Of a DNA stretch of 64,000 nucleotides, positions 26,742 to 40,770 are shown in pieces (position 1 is the stretch's first letter; every line of letters starts with the position of its first letter). Source of the stretch: the human T2T-CHM13v2.0 reference genome, Homo sapiens. The notes below the pieces were generated by a model. The model saw only the letters and a program-made list of their open reading frames with translations. It searched no databases and had not been told where the DNA came from. A program made the position numbers and the translations under genes. The DNA lies in the NCBI RefSeq assembly GCF_009914755.1, contig NC_060935.1, one strand, 5' to 3'.

Positions 26742-28458
26742 GAACAACTAGAGCAATAATTCAAGACATAGACAGTATAGTACAATAAGATATAAAGATA
26801 TAAAGAGAAACAACAAAAAGTTAAAAAGCAGGGGGACAAAATTTAAGTGTTTAGTTTTTATTAGTTTTATTTTGCTTGTTTATTTAAGCAATCAATGTTA
26901 AGTTGTCATCTGTTTAATATAATGTGTTATAAATTAGTATTGACGAACCTCATAGTAATCTCAAATCAAAAACACACAACAGAGACACAAAAAATAAAAA
27001 GCAAGAAATTAAATTATATCACCAGAGAAAATCACCTTCACTAAAAGAAAAATAGGAATGAAGGAAAGAAGAAAAGAAGACCACAAAATAATTAGAAAAT
27101 AAATTATGAAATGGCAGGAGTAAGTTCTTACTTATCAATAATAACATTGAATGTAAATCCACTAAATTCTCCAATCAAAAGACATAGAGTGGCCAAATGG
27201 ATGAAAAAACAAAACCCACTAATTTGTTGCCTACATGAAATGCACTTCACCTATGAAGACACACAGAGTGAAAATAAAGGAATGGGAAAAGATATTCCCT
27301 GGCAATGGAAACCAAAAAGAAGCAAGAGTAGCTATACTTGTACCAGACAAAATAGATTTCAAGACAAAAATTATTAAGAAGAAACAAAGAAAGTCACTAT
27401 TTAATGATAAAACAATATTCAGCAGTAGGATATAACAATTGTAAATATATATGCACCCCACACTAGTACCCAGATATATAAAGCAAACATTATTAGAGCT
27501 AAAGAGAAATATAGACTCCAATACAATAATAGCCGAAGACTTCAACATGTCACTCTAAGCATTGGACAGACCTCTTAAACAGAAAGTCAACAGAAAAACA
27601 TCAGATTCAGCCTGTGCTACAGAAGAATTAGAGTTAACAGACATTTACAGAACATTTCATTCCACAGCTGCAAAATATATATTCTTCTCTTTAGCACCTG
27701 TATCATTCTCAAGGGTAGACCATGTGTTAGATCACAAAAAAGTCTTAAGATATTCAAAAATTAAAATAATACCAAGCATCTTCTTTGAGCACAATCAAAT
27801 AAAACTAAACATCAACACAAGAGGAATTTTGGAAAATATACAAACATATGAAAATTCAATAATATGCTCCTTAATGTCCAATGGGTCAATGAAGAAATTA
27901 AGAAGGAAATTTAAATGAAAAAATTTTGTGAAACAAATGATAATGGAGACACAACATACCAAAACCAATAGGATACAGTGAAGGCAGTACTAAGAGGGAA
28001 ATTTATAGCTCAAAAAAGAGAAAAAGAAATCAAATAAACAGTCTGACAATGCATCTTAAAGAACTACAAAATCAAGAGCAAATAAACCCAAAATTAATAG
28101 AAAAAATAGTTCATATAAGAGCCAAAATAAATAAAATTGAAATGAAGAAAACAATACAAAAGGTCAGTGAAACAAAAAGTTGTTTTTATTGAAAAGATAA
28201 ACAAAATTGACAAATCTGTAGCTGGACTAAGAAAAAAAAAAGAGAAGACCAAAATAAAATCAGAGATGAAAAAGGAGACATCACAACTGATACCACAGAA
28301 ATTCAAGGATCATTAATGCTTTTTCTGAGCAATATATGCCAATAAATTAGAAAATTTAGAAGAAATGGATAAATTCCTAAAGGCATATATAACTTATGAA
28401 GATTCAACCATTAAGAAATTTAAAGCCAGAACAGTCCAATAACAAGTAACAAATTTGA

Positions 28459-28767
<309 letters not shown>

Positions 28768-30600
28768 TGAAGCCATATTAAAAAGTCTCCCAGCAAAGAA
28801 AAGCCAAGGACCCAGTGTCTTCGCTGATGAATTCTACCAGACATTAAAAGAAGGACTGATACCAATCCTACTCAAACTCTACTGAAAAATAGAAGAGAAG
28901 AGAATACTTCCAAACCCCTTCTATATGACCAGCATTACCCTGATACAAAAATCAGACAGGGCCTATCAAAAAAAGAAAACTACAGGCCAATATCCCTGAC
29001 AAATATTGATGCAAAAATCCTCAACAAAATACTACCAATCTGACTTCAACAGCACATTAAAAAGATCACACATCATGACAAAGTTGGATTTATCCCAGGC
29101 ATGAAAGGATGATTCAATATACACAAACCAATCAATGTGATGAATCACATCAATAGAATGAAGGACAAAATTAATCAAATGTGACCATTCAATTAATGCT
29201 GAAAAAGCATTTGGTAAAATTCAACCTCCCTTCATAATAAAAACCCTCAAAACCATGGGTATAGAAGGAGCATACCTCAACATAATAAATATGATGTATG
29301 ACAGACCCACAGCTAGTATTATGCAAGCCTTTCATCTAAGATCTGGATCAAGACAAGTCTACTCACTTTCACCACTGTTATTAAACTGTTACTGGAAGTC
29401 CTAGCTAGAGAAAGTAAGCAAGAGAAATAAAGGGCATCCAAATTGGAAAGGAAGGTGTCTAATCATCCTTGTTTGCAGATGATATGATCTTATATTTGAA
29501 AAAAACCTAAAGACTCCATCAAAAGAAAAACTCTTAAAACTGATAAACGAATTTTGTAAAGTTGCAGCACTCAAATTCAACATACAAAAATCAGTAGCAT
29601 TTCTTAATACCAACAGTCAATAATCCAAAAAAGCAATTTAAAAAGTAATCTCATTTACAATAGCTACAAATTGAAAATAAATATGTAGGAATTTACTTAA
29701 GCAAAGAAGTAAAAGATCTCTACAATGAAAACTATAAAACATTTATGCAAAAAATTGAAGAGGACACAAATAATTGGAAAAATATTTTATGTTCATAAAT
29801 TGTAAAAATCAATATTGTTAAAATTTCCATACTACCTAAAACAATCTGAAGATTCAATGCTATCCATGTCAATATATCAATGACATTTTTAACAAAAATA
29901 GAAAAACTATCCTAAAATTTATGCGGACCCATAAAAGAATCAGAATAGCCAAAGCTATCCTAAGCAAAAAGAACAAAACTGGAGGAATCACTTTACCTGA
30001 CTTCAAATTATACTACAGGGCTATAGTAACCAAAACAGCATGGTACTGGTATAAAAGCAGACACGTAGATCAGTGGAACAGAATAGAGAACCCAGAAACA
30101 AATCCACACAGCTACAATGAACTTGTTTTTGACAAAAATGCCAAGAACATATATTGAAGAATGGACAGTCTTTTCAATAAAAACTTCTGCAAAAAATGGA
30201 TATCTATATGTAGAAGAATGAAACTAAACCCCTAACTCTTGCCATATAAAATAATCAAAACAAAATGCATTAAGGACTTAAATCAAAGACCTTAAAGTGT
30301 AAACCTACTAAAGGAAAACATTGTTGAAACTTTCCAGGACATTGGAGTGGGTAAAGATTTCTTTAGTAATACCTCACAAGACAGGCAACAAAAGCAAAAG
30401 TGGACCAATGGGATCACATCAAGTTAAAAAGCTTCTGCACAGCAAAGGAAACAATCAACAAAGTGAAGAGAAAACCCACAGAATGGGAGAAAATATTTGC
30501 AAATCACTCATCTGAGAAAGGATTGATAACCAGAATATATAATGATAAAAAATCTAATAATCCAATTTAAAATGGGCAAAAGATCTAATAGACTTTTCTC

Positions 30601-30865
30601 AAAAGAAGACATACATATGGAAAATATGAAATATTTGAAATATATATCAAATATATATGAAATCATATGTATGAATTTATATGAAATGTTATATATATCA
30701 TATATATGAAATGTATATTATATGAAATATGATTTTATATATTTCATATATATTTCAAATATATTTGAAATATTGTTTCATATATATTTCATCAAATATA
30801 TATGAAATCAAATATGATTTCATATATATTTCAAATATGAAATATATGAAAAGAAGACATACATA
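30601..30865. repeat. AT-rich templated patchwork insertion within L1 ORF2, bounded by a 17-bp direct repeat
   Basis: aaaagaagacatacata at 30601-30617 and 30849-30865; interior made of atatgaaat / atttcatat / atttgaaat / atttcaaat units. Confidence 0.85.
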
Positions 30866-31499
30866 AGGCAAATATGAGAACATATATAAAAATGTGCTTA
30901 ACATCTTTGATCATCAGATAAATGCAAATCAAAACTACAATGAGATATTATCTCACCCCAGTTAAAATGACTTTTATCCAAAAGACAGAATAACAAATGC
31001 TGGAGAGTGTGTGAAGAAAAGAGAACTCTCATACACTGTTGTGAATTTAAATTAGTACAATCACTATATGGGTTCTTCAAAAAATTAAAAATAGAGCTAT
31101 TGTACAATCCAGCAGTCCCACTGCTAGATATGTACCCAAAAGGAAGGCAATCAGTATGTTAAAGAGATACCTGTGTTCCCATGTTTATTGAAGCACTATT
31201 TATAATAGCCAATATTTGGAAGCAGGCTAAGTGTCCATTAACAGATGAATGGATAAAGAAAATGTGGTATATATTTACAATGGAGTGTGTATTTGCTATC
31301 AGCTATAGAAAAGAATGAAATCCTTTCATTTGCCACAACATGGATGGAAATGTAGGTGATTATATTGAGATACAGAAATACTAACTTCACATTTTCTCAC
31401 ACATTTGTGGATCTAGAAATTAAAACAACTGAATTCATGAAGACAGAGAGTAGAAGGATGGTTACCAGAGGCTAAGAAGGGTAGTTGGGGGTTGCCAGT

Positions 31500-31880
31500 T
31501 GATATGGTTCAAATTTGTGGTGTCCCCAAATCTCATGTCAAATTGTAATCTCCAATGTTGGAGTAGGGGCCGGGAGGAAGGTGATTGGATCAAGGGGGTG
31601 GATTCCCCCTTGTTCTTCTCATAATAGTGAGTGAGTTCTTATGAGATCTGATGGTTTAAAAGTGCATAGCATCTCCCCCTTTTCTCTCCTCCTCTTGCTC
31701 CTGCCATGTAAGACATGCCTGCATCCCCTTTGCCTTATACCATGACTATAAGTTTTCTGAGGTCTCCCCAGTCATACTTCCTGTATAGCCTGTAGAACCA
31801 TGAGCCAATTAAACCTCTTTTCTCTGTAAATTACCCAGACTTGGATTGTTGTTTACAATAATGTGAGAATGGACTAATCA
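31500..31880 (+). mobile_element. MaLR solo LTR (MSTA-like) in the L1MA2 3'UTR
   Basis: 'tgatatggtt...ccccaaatctcatgtcaaattgtaatc...gaaccatgagccaattaaacctcttttc...gagaatggactaat'. Confidence 0.88.
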
Positions 31881-32758
31881 GCAAGGAAATCAGCATTGTT
31901 AATGGGTACAAAAAATACTTAGAAAGAATGAATAAAACCTACTAGTATTTGCTAGCATAACAGAGAGACTATAGTCAATAATAATTTAATTGCACATTTT
32001 TAAATAACTAAAAAGGTATAATTGGATTTTTTGTAATACAAAGGGTGAATGCTTGAGGTGATGGATAGCCCATTTACGCTGATATGATTAATATACATCA
32101 CATACTTGTATCAACTATCTCCTGTAACCCATGAATATATACACCTGCTATGGACCAATGCAAATTCAAAATAATAAATTTTAAAAAATTACTTAGGCAA
32201 GCACCTTTATTTGTCTACACCTGTCAGGGAGATCACTTCACATCTGTAGAATACAGTTATAAATTGTCACAACCTGCATTCCATGTTGAATTTCCCCAAA
32301 AATTCTATAATTTTTTAAAAATTTTGCTAATTAAGGATTGCTCTTTGTACTGGGAGGTTCTGTGGATTTTGACAAACTTATAGAGCTATGTATTAACACT
32401 TAAAGTAACATACAGCATAAATTTACTATTTTAAATTTCTTCTGTACTTCATCTATTCAATTCTCACCTTTCTTTCACTAAAACTTTGTCAACTACTGAT
32501 ACTTTAATCGTTACAGCTGTGCCCTTTTCAGAATGTTAGACAGGTAGAGTCATCTAGTATGTAGCTTTTTTGACTGGCTTCTTTTATTTAACAACATGCA
32601 TTTAACATTCATTCGTGTCTTCTTATGCCTAGATACCTCTTTTTTTTTCCACTGGAAAATAGTCCATACTAAGGCTGTACCAGCATTCATTTAGAATATA
32701 TATATTTTTTTCCAGTTTGGGAGATTATGAGTGTATCTGTAATAAACATTTAACTGAG

Positions 32759-32760
<2 letters not shown>

Positions 32761-32799
<39 letters not shown>
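32761..32799 (+). repeat. (GT)n microsatellite
   Basis: Read directly. Confidence 0.95.
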
Positions 32800-32801
<2 letters not shown>

Positions 32802-35800
32802 CATGTTTTTGAATCAGTTGGATAATACCTAGAAGTACAATTGCTGCATAGTATGGTAAGGGTATATGTATCTTTTTAAGAAACTGTCAAGATGTCTTTC
32901 AAAGTGGCTGTACCATTTTAATTTACCATCAGTAATAAAAGAGTTCATGTTGCTCTACAACATCACCAACTTGTTGGCCATGCTAATTAATGTGTAGTGG
33001 CATCTCATTGTTCTATGGATTTATAATTCTTTAATGACAAATAATGTCAAGCATCTTTTTATATACGTAATTGTCATCTACATTCTTTCTTGTAAGGCAG
33101 AAAAGTATTTGTCCATTTCTTAAATAGTTTTCAGCTTTTTAGATACTGAGTTTAAATATTTTCCCCATATTTTGAATAAAAGTATTTTATCAGATACATG
33201 TTTTAAAAATTATTTCTTCCATCCCATGGCTTGTCTTTTCATTTAAAAAAGTGTCTTATGTAGAGCAGAAGTTTCAAATTTTAATAATGTGCAACCTATG
33301 AATTTTTCTTTCATTAATTATGTTTTTGTGTCATCTCTAGATGCTCATCACCAAACCCAGCTTATCTTACATTTCTCCTATGTCTTTTTTTCAGAAGTTT
33401 TATAATTTTGAGCTTCACATTTTGATTTAATTTTTGTGAAAGGTGTAAAGTCTGTGTCTCATTCATTTTTGTGCACATGAACATGCAATTTTCCAGCATC
33501 ATTTTTTGAAAATATTGCATTTTATATATTGAATTGCCTTTGCTTCTTTGTGAAAGAGCATTTGACTGTATTTGTGTGGCTTATTTCTGGGCTATATGTT
33601 CTGCTCTATTGGTCTATGTGTTTATTATTTCACTAAAGTCATGATAAATTGATTCCTGTGGCTTCATAGGCAATCTTGAATTCAGGTGGCTTCATTCCTC
33701 CAAGTTTGTACTTCATTATTGTGTTGACTTTTTGGGGTCTTTGCCTTTCCATGAAACTTTAGACATATGTTGGCAAAATGGCTGGCTGAAGTTTTTATTG
33801 AGATTGTATGGAATTTAGATATCAAGATGAGAACAACTGGTACATTAACAACATTCAGTCATCCAGCCCATAAACTCAGAATATCTCTCCATTTACTTAG
33901 ATTGTCTCTCATTTTTTTCAGAGTTTCATGGTTTTATGCTTAGAGTTCTTATACATTGTTAAATTTACACCTAATTATTATTTTTGGTCCTATTGTAAAT
34001 AACCTTTAGTTGTTTATATCAAATTAGAATGCTTCATTGCTGATATATATGAAGTCAATGAACTTTTTACAATGAATACTGTTCCCTTCAATATCACTAT
34101 AATTTCTTATTAACTTCAGAAGAATTTTTGTTTCTTCTTTGTGTTTTTCTCTACTGTATAGACAATTGTGTCATTAGTGGACAAGAAGAGTTTATTTCTT
34201 CATTCTCGTGGTGTATACTTTTTATTACCTTGTCATCTTCTCATATTTATTACCTTCTCATCTTAATATACCATCTATTTTTTCTAATGTAATGTTGAAT
34301 GCTTGTGGTAAGATGGGGCATCCTTGCATTGCTCTTGATCTTTGGGGGAAATTGTCTAGTGTCTCACAGTTAGGTATGGTAACTATAGGTTTTTTGAAGA
34401 TGTTATTTAACATGTTGAGGAAATTCTCCTCTATTAGTATTCTCAGTTTCCTAGGAGTTTTATTTTTAATAATCAACAAGTGTTGAAATTTTTCAGTGAT
34501 TTTTTGCATCAATGATATTAGCATATGATTGATTGTCTTTATTTAGGTTACTGATGTGTTGGATTATATTGATTGACTTTCAAATTTTGATCCAACTGAT
34601 CATAACTGGAATAAACATCACTTCATCATGGCATATTTTTATACACTTAATATGCAAAATTTTTGTTAAGTATTTTTTAGTCTATGTTTACAAGCAACAT
34701 TGATGTGTACTTTAATATGTTTAATGCCTTGATCTGGGTTTGGTATTAAAGTTACACTGCCCTAATGGAATGAGTTAGGAAGTGCTCCCTCTCCTGTTTA
34801 CTCAAAGTTATTATGGAAAATTAATATCATTTCTGCCTTATATGCTTTGTACAATTCAACATTAAATTATCAAGATCCAGTGCTTCCTCTGTTGGAAAGG
34901 TATTAAATATTGATTTAATTTGCTTAATAGATAAAAGCATATTTAGGTTATCTAATTCTCTTATGCACTTGGGTAGAATGCAACTTTGATGAAATTGGTC
35001 AATTTCATCTAAAATGGTAGACATTGAATTGTTTGTAGTTTTTCTTTATTATCTTTTTGACATCCTTGTTACAAAATCTGATGACCACTGCTTCATTTCA
35101 GATTTTGCTATTTGTGAGTTCTCTCTTGTATTCTTGGTTAACCTGGTGGATAAAGAATTCTTGGTTCCTCCGCAGATAAAGATTTGTCAATTTTATGTAT
35201 TTCTTCACATAACCAGCTTTTGGTATCACAATTTTCTCTATTGCTTTTGTGTCTTCAATTTTATTTATTTTGCCTTAAATTTTATTGCTTATTTTATTCT
35301 GTTTGCTTTCTGATTAAATTAATCTTGTTTCTCTAGTTTTTCTAGGGTGGAAACAGATTATTGATTTTAGATCTTTCTTGTTTTCAAATATATGCACTTC
35401 ATAACGTTATCTCTCAACACTATTTTCTGTATGCAACACATTTTGAAGATTTGTAAGCTTATTTTCATAGAGTTTAAAATATTTTTAATTTTAGATTATA
35501 TTTTTCTCGGACTCATATTATTTACAAGTTTTTTTTGTTATAATCTCCAAATACATGTGTATTCCACAGCTATCTTTCTTTAATGAACTGAGTACATACT
35601 TTCTATGACTTCTGTCTTTTAAATTTCTTAATGTATGTTTTATGCTCCAGGAAATCTACTATCTTGGTGAATGTTTCACGTGAGTTTTAAAAGAATGTAT
35701 ATTCTGCTGTTGCTGGACGGACCTTTCTGTAATTACCAATTAGATCAAATTTTTTGATTTACTGTTCAAATCAACCATATCTTACTGATTTTCTGCCTGC

Positions 35801-35934
35801 TCAGTGTATAAATTACTTAAAGAGAGTTGTTGGGATCTCCAGATATACTAGTAAATTTGTTTATGTCACCTTGCATTTCTATCAGTTTTGTCTTAAGCAT
35901 GTTGATAATCTACCGTCTGCTTTTCTTGACTTGC

Positions 35935-38900
35935 CAGATACAATCTTTGCAAATATTGTCTCCATTCTATGTATAGATTCTCTTTTCTCTAATATTATTG
36001 TATAATATGTAAAATATTTTAACTTGCAAGAAGTCTAATTTATCAATTTTTTTCTTTCGTTGCTGGTGTTTTTGATGTAGTCTATAAGAATCTGTTTTTG
36101 CCAAATCCTATGTCACAAAGACTTACTCCTATTTTTACTCCTAAGATACTTACAGTTTTAGCTCTTAAATTTAGGTCTTTGATCCATTTTGCACTTATTT
36201 TTGATTGTGTTATAACGTTTAATTGTCCAACTTCATTCTTTTTCATGTGAATATCAACATCATTTGTTGAAGAGACTATTTTTGTCCCATACTAAATGAT
36301 CTTGGCACTCTCGTCAAAAATAAATTGAATATAGTTTAGTGGTTTGTTTCTAGGCTTTCAGACACATTTGATTTATCTTACATATCTATCTTTATGCTAG
36401 CACCATACCATCTTGTTTTTCGCTATGGTTTTTATCAGAGTTTTTTTTTACTATAAAAAGGTATTTATTTTGTCAAATAATTTATCTGCATCAACTGAGA
36501 TAATTTGTTTTCTTTCATTCTATTAATGTAGTGGTTTTTTTAAATCTAGAACTGCATTTCTGGGATCAATCTTAGCTATATGGGGCATAAACATTTTAGT
36601 ATGTTTCTGGATTCAGTTTGATAGCATTTTTTGCTAGCATTGAAACTATTTTAATTATATTTAAAAGAGACATTGGTCTCTAATTTTCTTTTCTTGTAAC
36701 ATCTTTACCTAGCTTCATTGTCACAATAATGACAGCCTATGAGAATGAATTAGGAAGTACTTCTTCTCCATCAATTTTTTGGGAGAGTTTGAAAATAATT
36801 TATGCCAATTCTTTTTTTAAACATTTGATGGAACACACCAGAGAATTACCTAGTTATGGAGTTATCTTTGTTGGAATGTTTTTGCTTGCTGATTCAGTCT
36901 CTTCCATTCCTTTACATTTATTCAGATTAGCTATTGCTTCTTGAGTCAGTTTTGGCAGTTTTTGTGTTTCTTAGGATGTGTCTATTTTACCTACGTCATC
37001 AATTTGTTGGTGCACAATTGTGTAGTATTCTCTTATAATACATTTTATTTCTGTAAAGTCAGTAGTAATGTCACCATATTTATTTCTGATTTTAAGTAAT
37101 TTTAGTCTTCTCTGTCTCTCTCTCTCTCTTTTTTTCTTTTTTTTTTTTTTTGGTAAGTATAACTAAAGTTTGAGCTATGTGTTGCTTTTCCAAGAACCAA
37201 ATTTTGATTTTGCTGTGATCTTATTGTTTTTTAATCAGTACTTTTTTAAGCTCTGCTATATCTTATTTATTTTCTTTTAGTTTTGGGATCCGCTTTTTCT
37301 TTTCCTAGTTTCCAGAGGTAGAAAATTAGGCTATCTATATATGATCTTTTTTTTAATATAGGCATTTATAGTATTAAATTTTCTTCTACACACTTCTTTC
37401 ACTGCATCCCTTAGTTTTTGTTATGCTGTATTTTTGTTTTCACTTCTGAGAGTATTTTACAGCTTCCCTTTTGATTTCATCTTTGACCCACTGGTTGTTT
37501 AAGAATGTGTTGTGTAATTTCTACATTTGTGAATTTGCTAGGTTTTCTTCTGTATTAGTCCGTTCTCACATTGCTATAAAGAACTACCTGAGACTGGGCA
37601 ATTTATAAAGAAAAGATGTTTAACTGACTCACAATTCCACAGGTTGTTTAGGATATAAGGCTAGGAGGTCTCAGGAAACTTACAATCATAGTGGAAGGGT
37701 GAAGGGGAAACAAGCACATCTTATTATGGTGAAACAGGATAAAGAAAATGAATGGGGAAGTGATACACACTCAAACAACCAGATCTTATGAGAACTTACT
37801 ATCACAAGAACAGCAATGGGGAAATCCACCCCCATAGTCCAATCATCTCCTACCAGGTCTCTCCCCAACACTGGGAATTAAAATTTGACATGAAATTTGG
37901 ATGAGGACACAGAGCCAAGCCATATCATTCCACTCTGGCCCCTCCCCAAACTCATGTTCTTAGCATATTTCAAAACCGATTATGCCTTCCCAACAGTGCC
38001 CCAAAGCCTTAACTCATTCCAGCCTTAACTCAAAATTTCAAGTCCAAGTTCTCCTCCAGGACAAGGCAAGTCCCTTCCACTTATGAGATTGTAAAATAAA
38101 AAACAAGTTAATTACTTCCAAGATACAATGCAAGTACAGGCATTGGGTAAATATACTCCCATTTTAAATGGGAGGAATTGGCCAAAACAAAGGGACTACA
38201 GGCTCCATATACGTCTGAAACCCACCAGGGAAGCCATTAAATCCTAAGGCTTCAAAATAATCTCCTTTGACTCCATGTCTTATATCCAGGTCGCATTGAT
38301 GAAAGGGGTGAGCTCCTAAGGCCTTTGGCATCTCTGCCCCTGTGGCTCAGCAGAGTAGAGCCCCTGCAGCTGATTCCATGATCTGGTATTAAGTGTCTGT
38401 GGCTTTTCCAAGTGCACAGTCGAGTTGTTGATGGATCTGTCATTCTGGGACCTGGAGGATGGTGACCCTCTTCTCACAGCTCCACTAGGCAGTGCCCCAG
38501 TGGGGACTCTGTGTGGGGGTTCCAACCCCACATTTCCTCTCCACACTGCCCTAGTAAAAGTGCTCTATGAGGGCTCCACCCCTACAGCAGACTTCTGCCT
38601 GGATGTCCAGGGATTTCCACACATCTTTTGAAATCTTGGTGAAGGTTCCCAAACCTCAACTCTTGCCTCCTATACACCCACAGACACAGCACCATATGGA
38701 AGCCACCAATGCCTGGGGCTTGCACACCCTGAAGCAACAGCCTGAGCTGGACCTTAGCCCCTTTTAGCCATGGCTGGAGATGGAGAAGCTGGGACACAGG
38801 GTGCCCATGTACCAAGGCTGCACAGAGGAACAGGGCCCTGAGCCTGGCCTACAAAATGATTTTTCCCTCCTAGGGTTCCAGTCCTGTGATGGAAGGAGCT

Positions 38901-40770
38901 TCCATGAAGATCTCTGAAATAACACAGGGCATTTTCCCCATTGTCTTGGCCATTAACATTTGGCTCTTATTTACTTATACAAATTTCTGCAGCTGGCTTG
39001 AATTTCTCCCTGGAAAATGGGTTTTTCTTTTTTTCCACATGGTCAGATTGCAAATTTTTCAAACTTTTATGCTCTGCTTTCTTTTTCAATATAAGTTCCA
39101 ACTTCAGACCATTTATTTGGTTATGCAAATGAGTACTGGCTTTCAGAAGTAGCCAGGCCACTCCTTGAATGCTTTTCTGCTTAAAAATTTATTCCACCAG
39201 ATACCCTAAATCATCTCTCTTAAGTTCAAAGTTCCACAGATCTCTAGAGCAGAGGAACAATGTCACCAGCCTCTTTGCTAAAGCATTGCAAAAGTGACTT
39301 TTACTCCAGTTCCCAATAAGTTCCTCATCTCCATCTGAGACCATCTTAACTTGGATTTCATTGTACATATCACTATCAGCATTTCGGTTACAACCATTCA
39401 ACAATTCTCTAGAAGTTCCAAACTTTCTCACATCTTCCTGTCTTCATCTAATTTCTCCAAACTGTTCCAAACTCTGATCATTACTCAGTTCCAAAGTTGC
39501 TTCCACATTTTTATCTTTATAGCAATGCCTCACTTCTCTGGTACCAATTTTCTATATTAGCTCATTCTCACATTGCTATAAAGAACTACCTGAGACTGAG
39601 TAATTTATAAAGAAGAAAAGGTTTAATTGACTCACAGTTTCACAAGCTATATAGGAAGCATAGATGGGAGCTCTCAGAAAACTTGCAGTCATGGCAGAAG
39701 GGCAAAGGGGAGCAAGCACATCTTACCATAGTGGAGCAGGAGATAGAGAGAATGGGGAAGTGCTCCACACTTTCAAACAACCAGATCTTGGGATAATTCC
39801 CTCACTATCATGAGAATAGCAAGGGGGAAATTCGCCTCCATGATCCAATCACCTCCCACCAGGACCCTTCTCCAACATTGAGAATTACAATTCGACATGA
39901 TATTTGGGTGGGGACACAGAGCCAAACCATATCACCTTCTCTTATTGTTAGTGTTTCTGTTGGTTGGTTTAGTGACTTTTCTGAAAAGTATGCACTGCTT
40001 GTCGTGTTGAGCCACTAATGCCTTTATTCTTTAGCTTATTGGTCAGCTAGTGATTTGGTAAACATTTTCTTAAACACTTGGACTCAAACCAAACCAAACC
40101 AAACCAACAACAGCAACAATAACAAAAACGAATACAACTCTCTTAGTCGTTGGAAATTTGCTCTGTCTTGGGGCACTCCTTCAATGCTTAGCCAGATAGT
40201 TTACAACTGCATCTCATCATTTACTTCCTGCTTGTGTGAACACTGAAGGTCAGCAGAAGTTGAGAAGTTAGAATAATTTCTGGTCTTCCTGAGCATGGTT
40301 CTAACGCTGAGCAAGCATATGGCCCTCTTGATACTCTGGAATATGTAAGAGCTATTCAACAACCTTATTTCCTCATGTATCTCCTTCCCCAGCCTCTCCC
40401 CTCCCAAGCTTTCAGTCTATTGTTTGCATTGTTAACCCTTATTTCAGATGGCAGCATCTAAAATTTGTCATTTGACAAATGACACCTGGTAATCTGCCTC
40501 AGTTTTGGGGAAGTTCTGATGCAGGTGAAACAAAACCAAATGCTAAGTTGATTCTTCAGGAACAGCCTGCACCACATATCCAGACTGCTGTCTTTAAAGT
40601 GCTGCAAAGCTGAGGAGGGGAGATAATGATAAAAGGTTAAATGAAAATGCCACAAAATTCTCTCACTAAAATTCAGCATTTTTTTTCTACAAGTGTTCTC
40701 CTGCTTGTTTTTTAATCGGATAGAACATTTTTGGAGTTTTCTACGTTGCCAGTTTTGCTAACATTCTTCT
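35935..40770 (-). mobile_element. Second old L1 (L1M4/L1MB-type), internally deleted, nested in the L1MC-like element and interrupted by MSTA
   Basis: At 35935 the antisense L1 register jumps back to the ORF2 C-terminal region already covered near 33190 ('ttgcaaatattgtctcc...gaagtctaatttatcaatttt'). 39940-40770 resembles an old L1 5' region. Confidence 0.55.
37551..39934 (-). mobile_element. Full-length MSTA MaLR element (LTR 37551-37927, internal 37928-39552, LTR 39553-39934)
   Basis: Two similar LTRs (t[g/a]tattag...ccatatca) flanking a ~1.6 kb MaLR internal sequence; TSD tcttc/ccttc (4 of 5). Confidence 0.92.

Noticed and set aside
38252-39560. Cluster of overlapping ORFs, mirrored by similar ORFs at 54380-55684
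   Set aside because: Both are MaLR internal regions (MSTA-int, THE1B-int). The shared peptides (LLTAPLGSAPVGTLCGGS) reflect TE homology, and the frames are fragmented.
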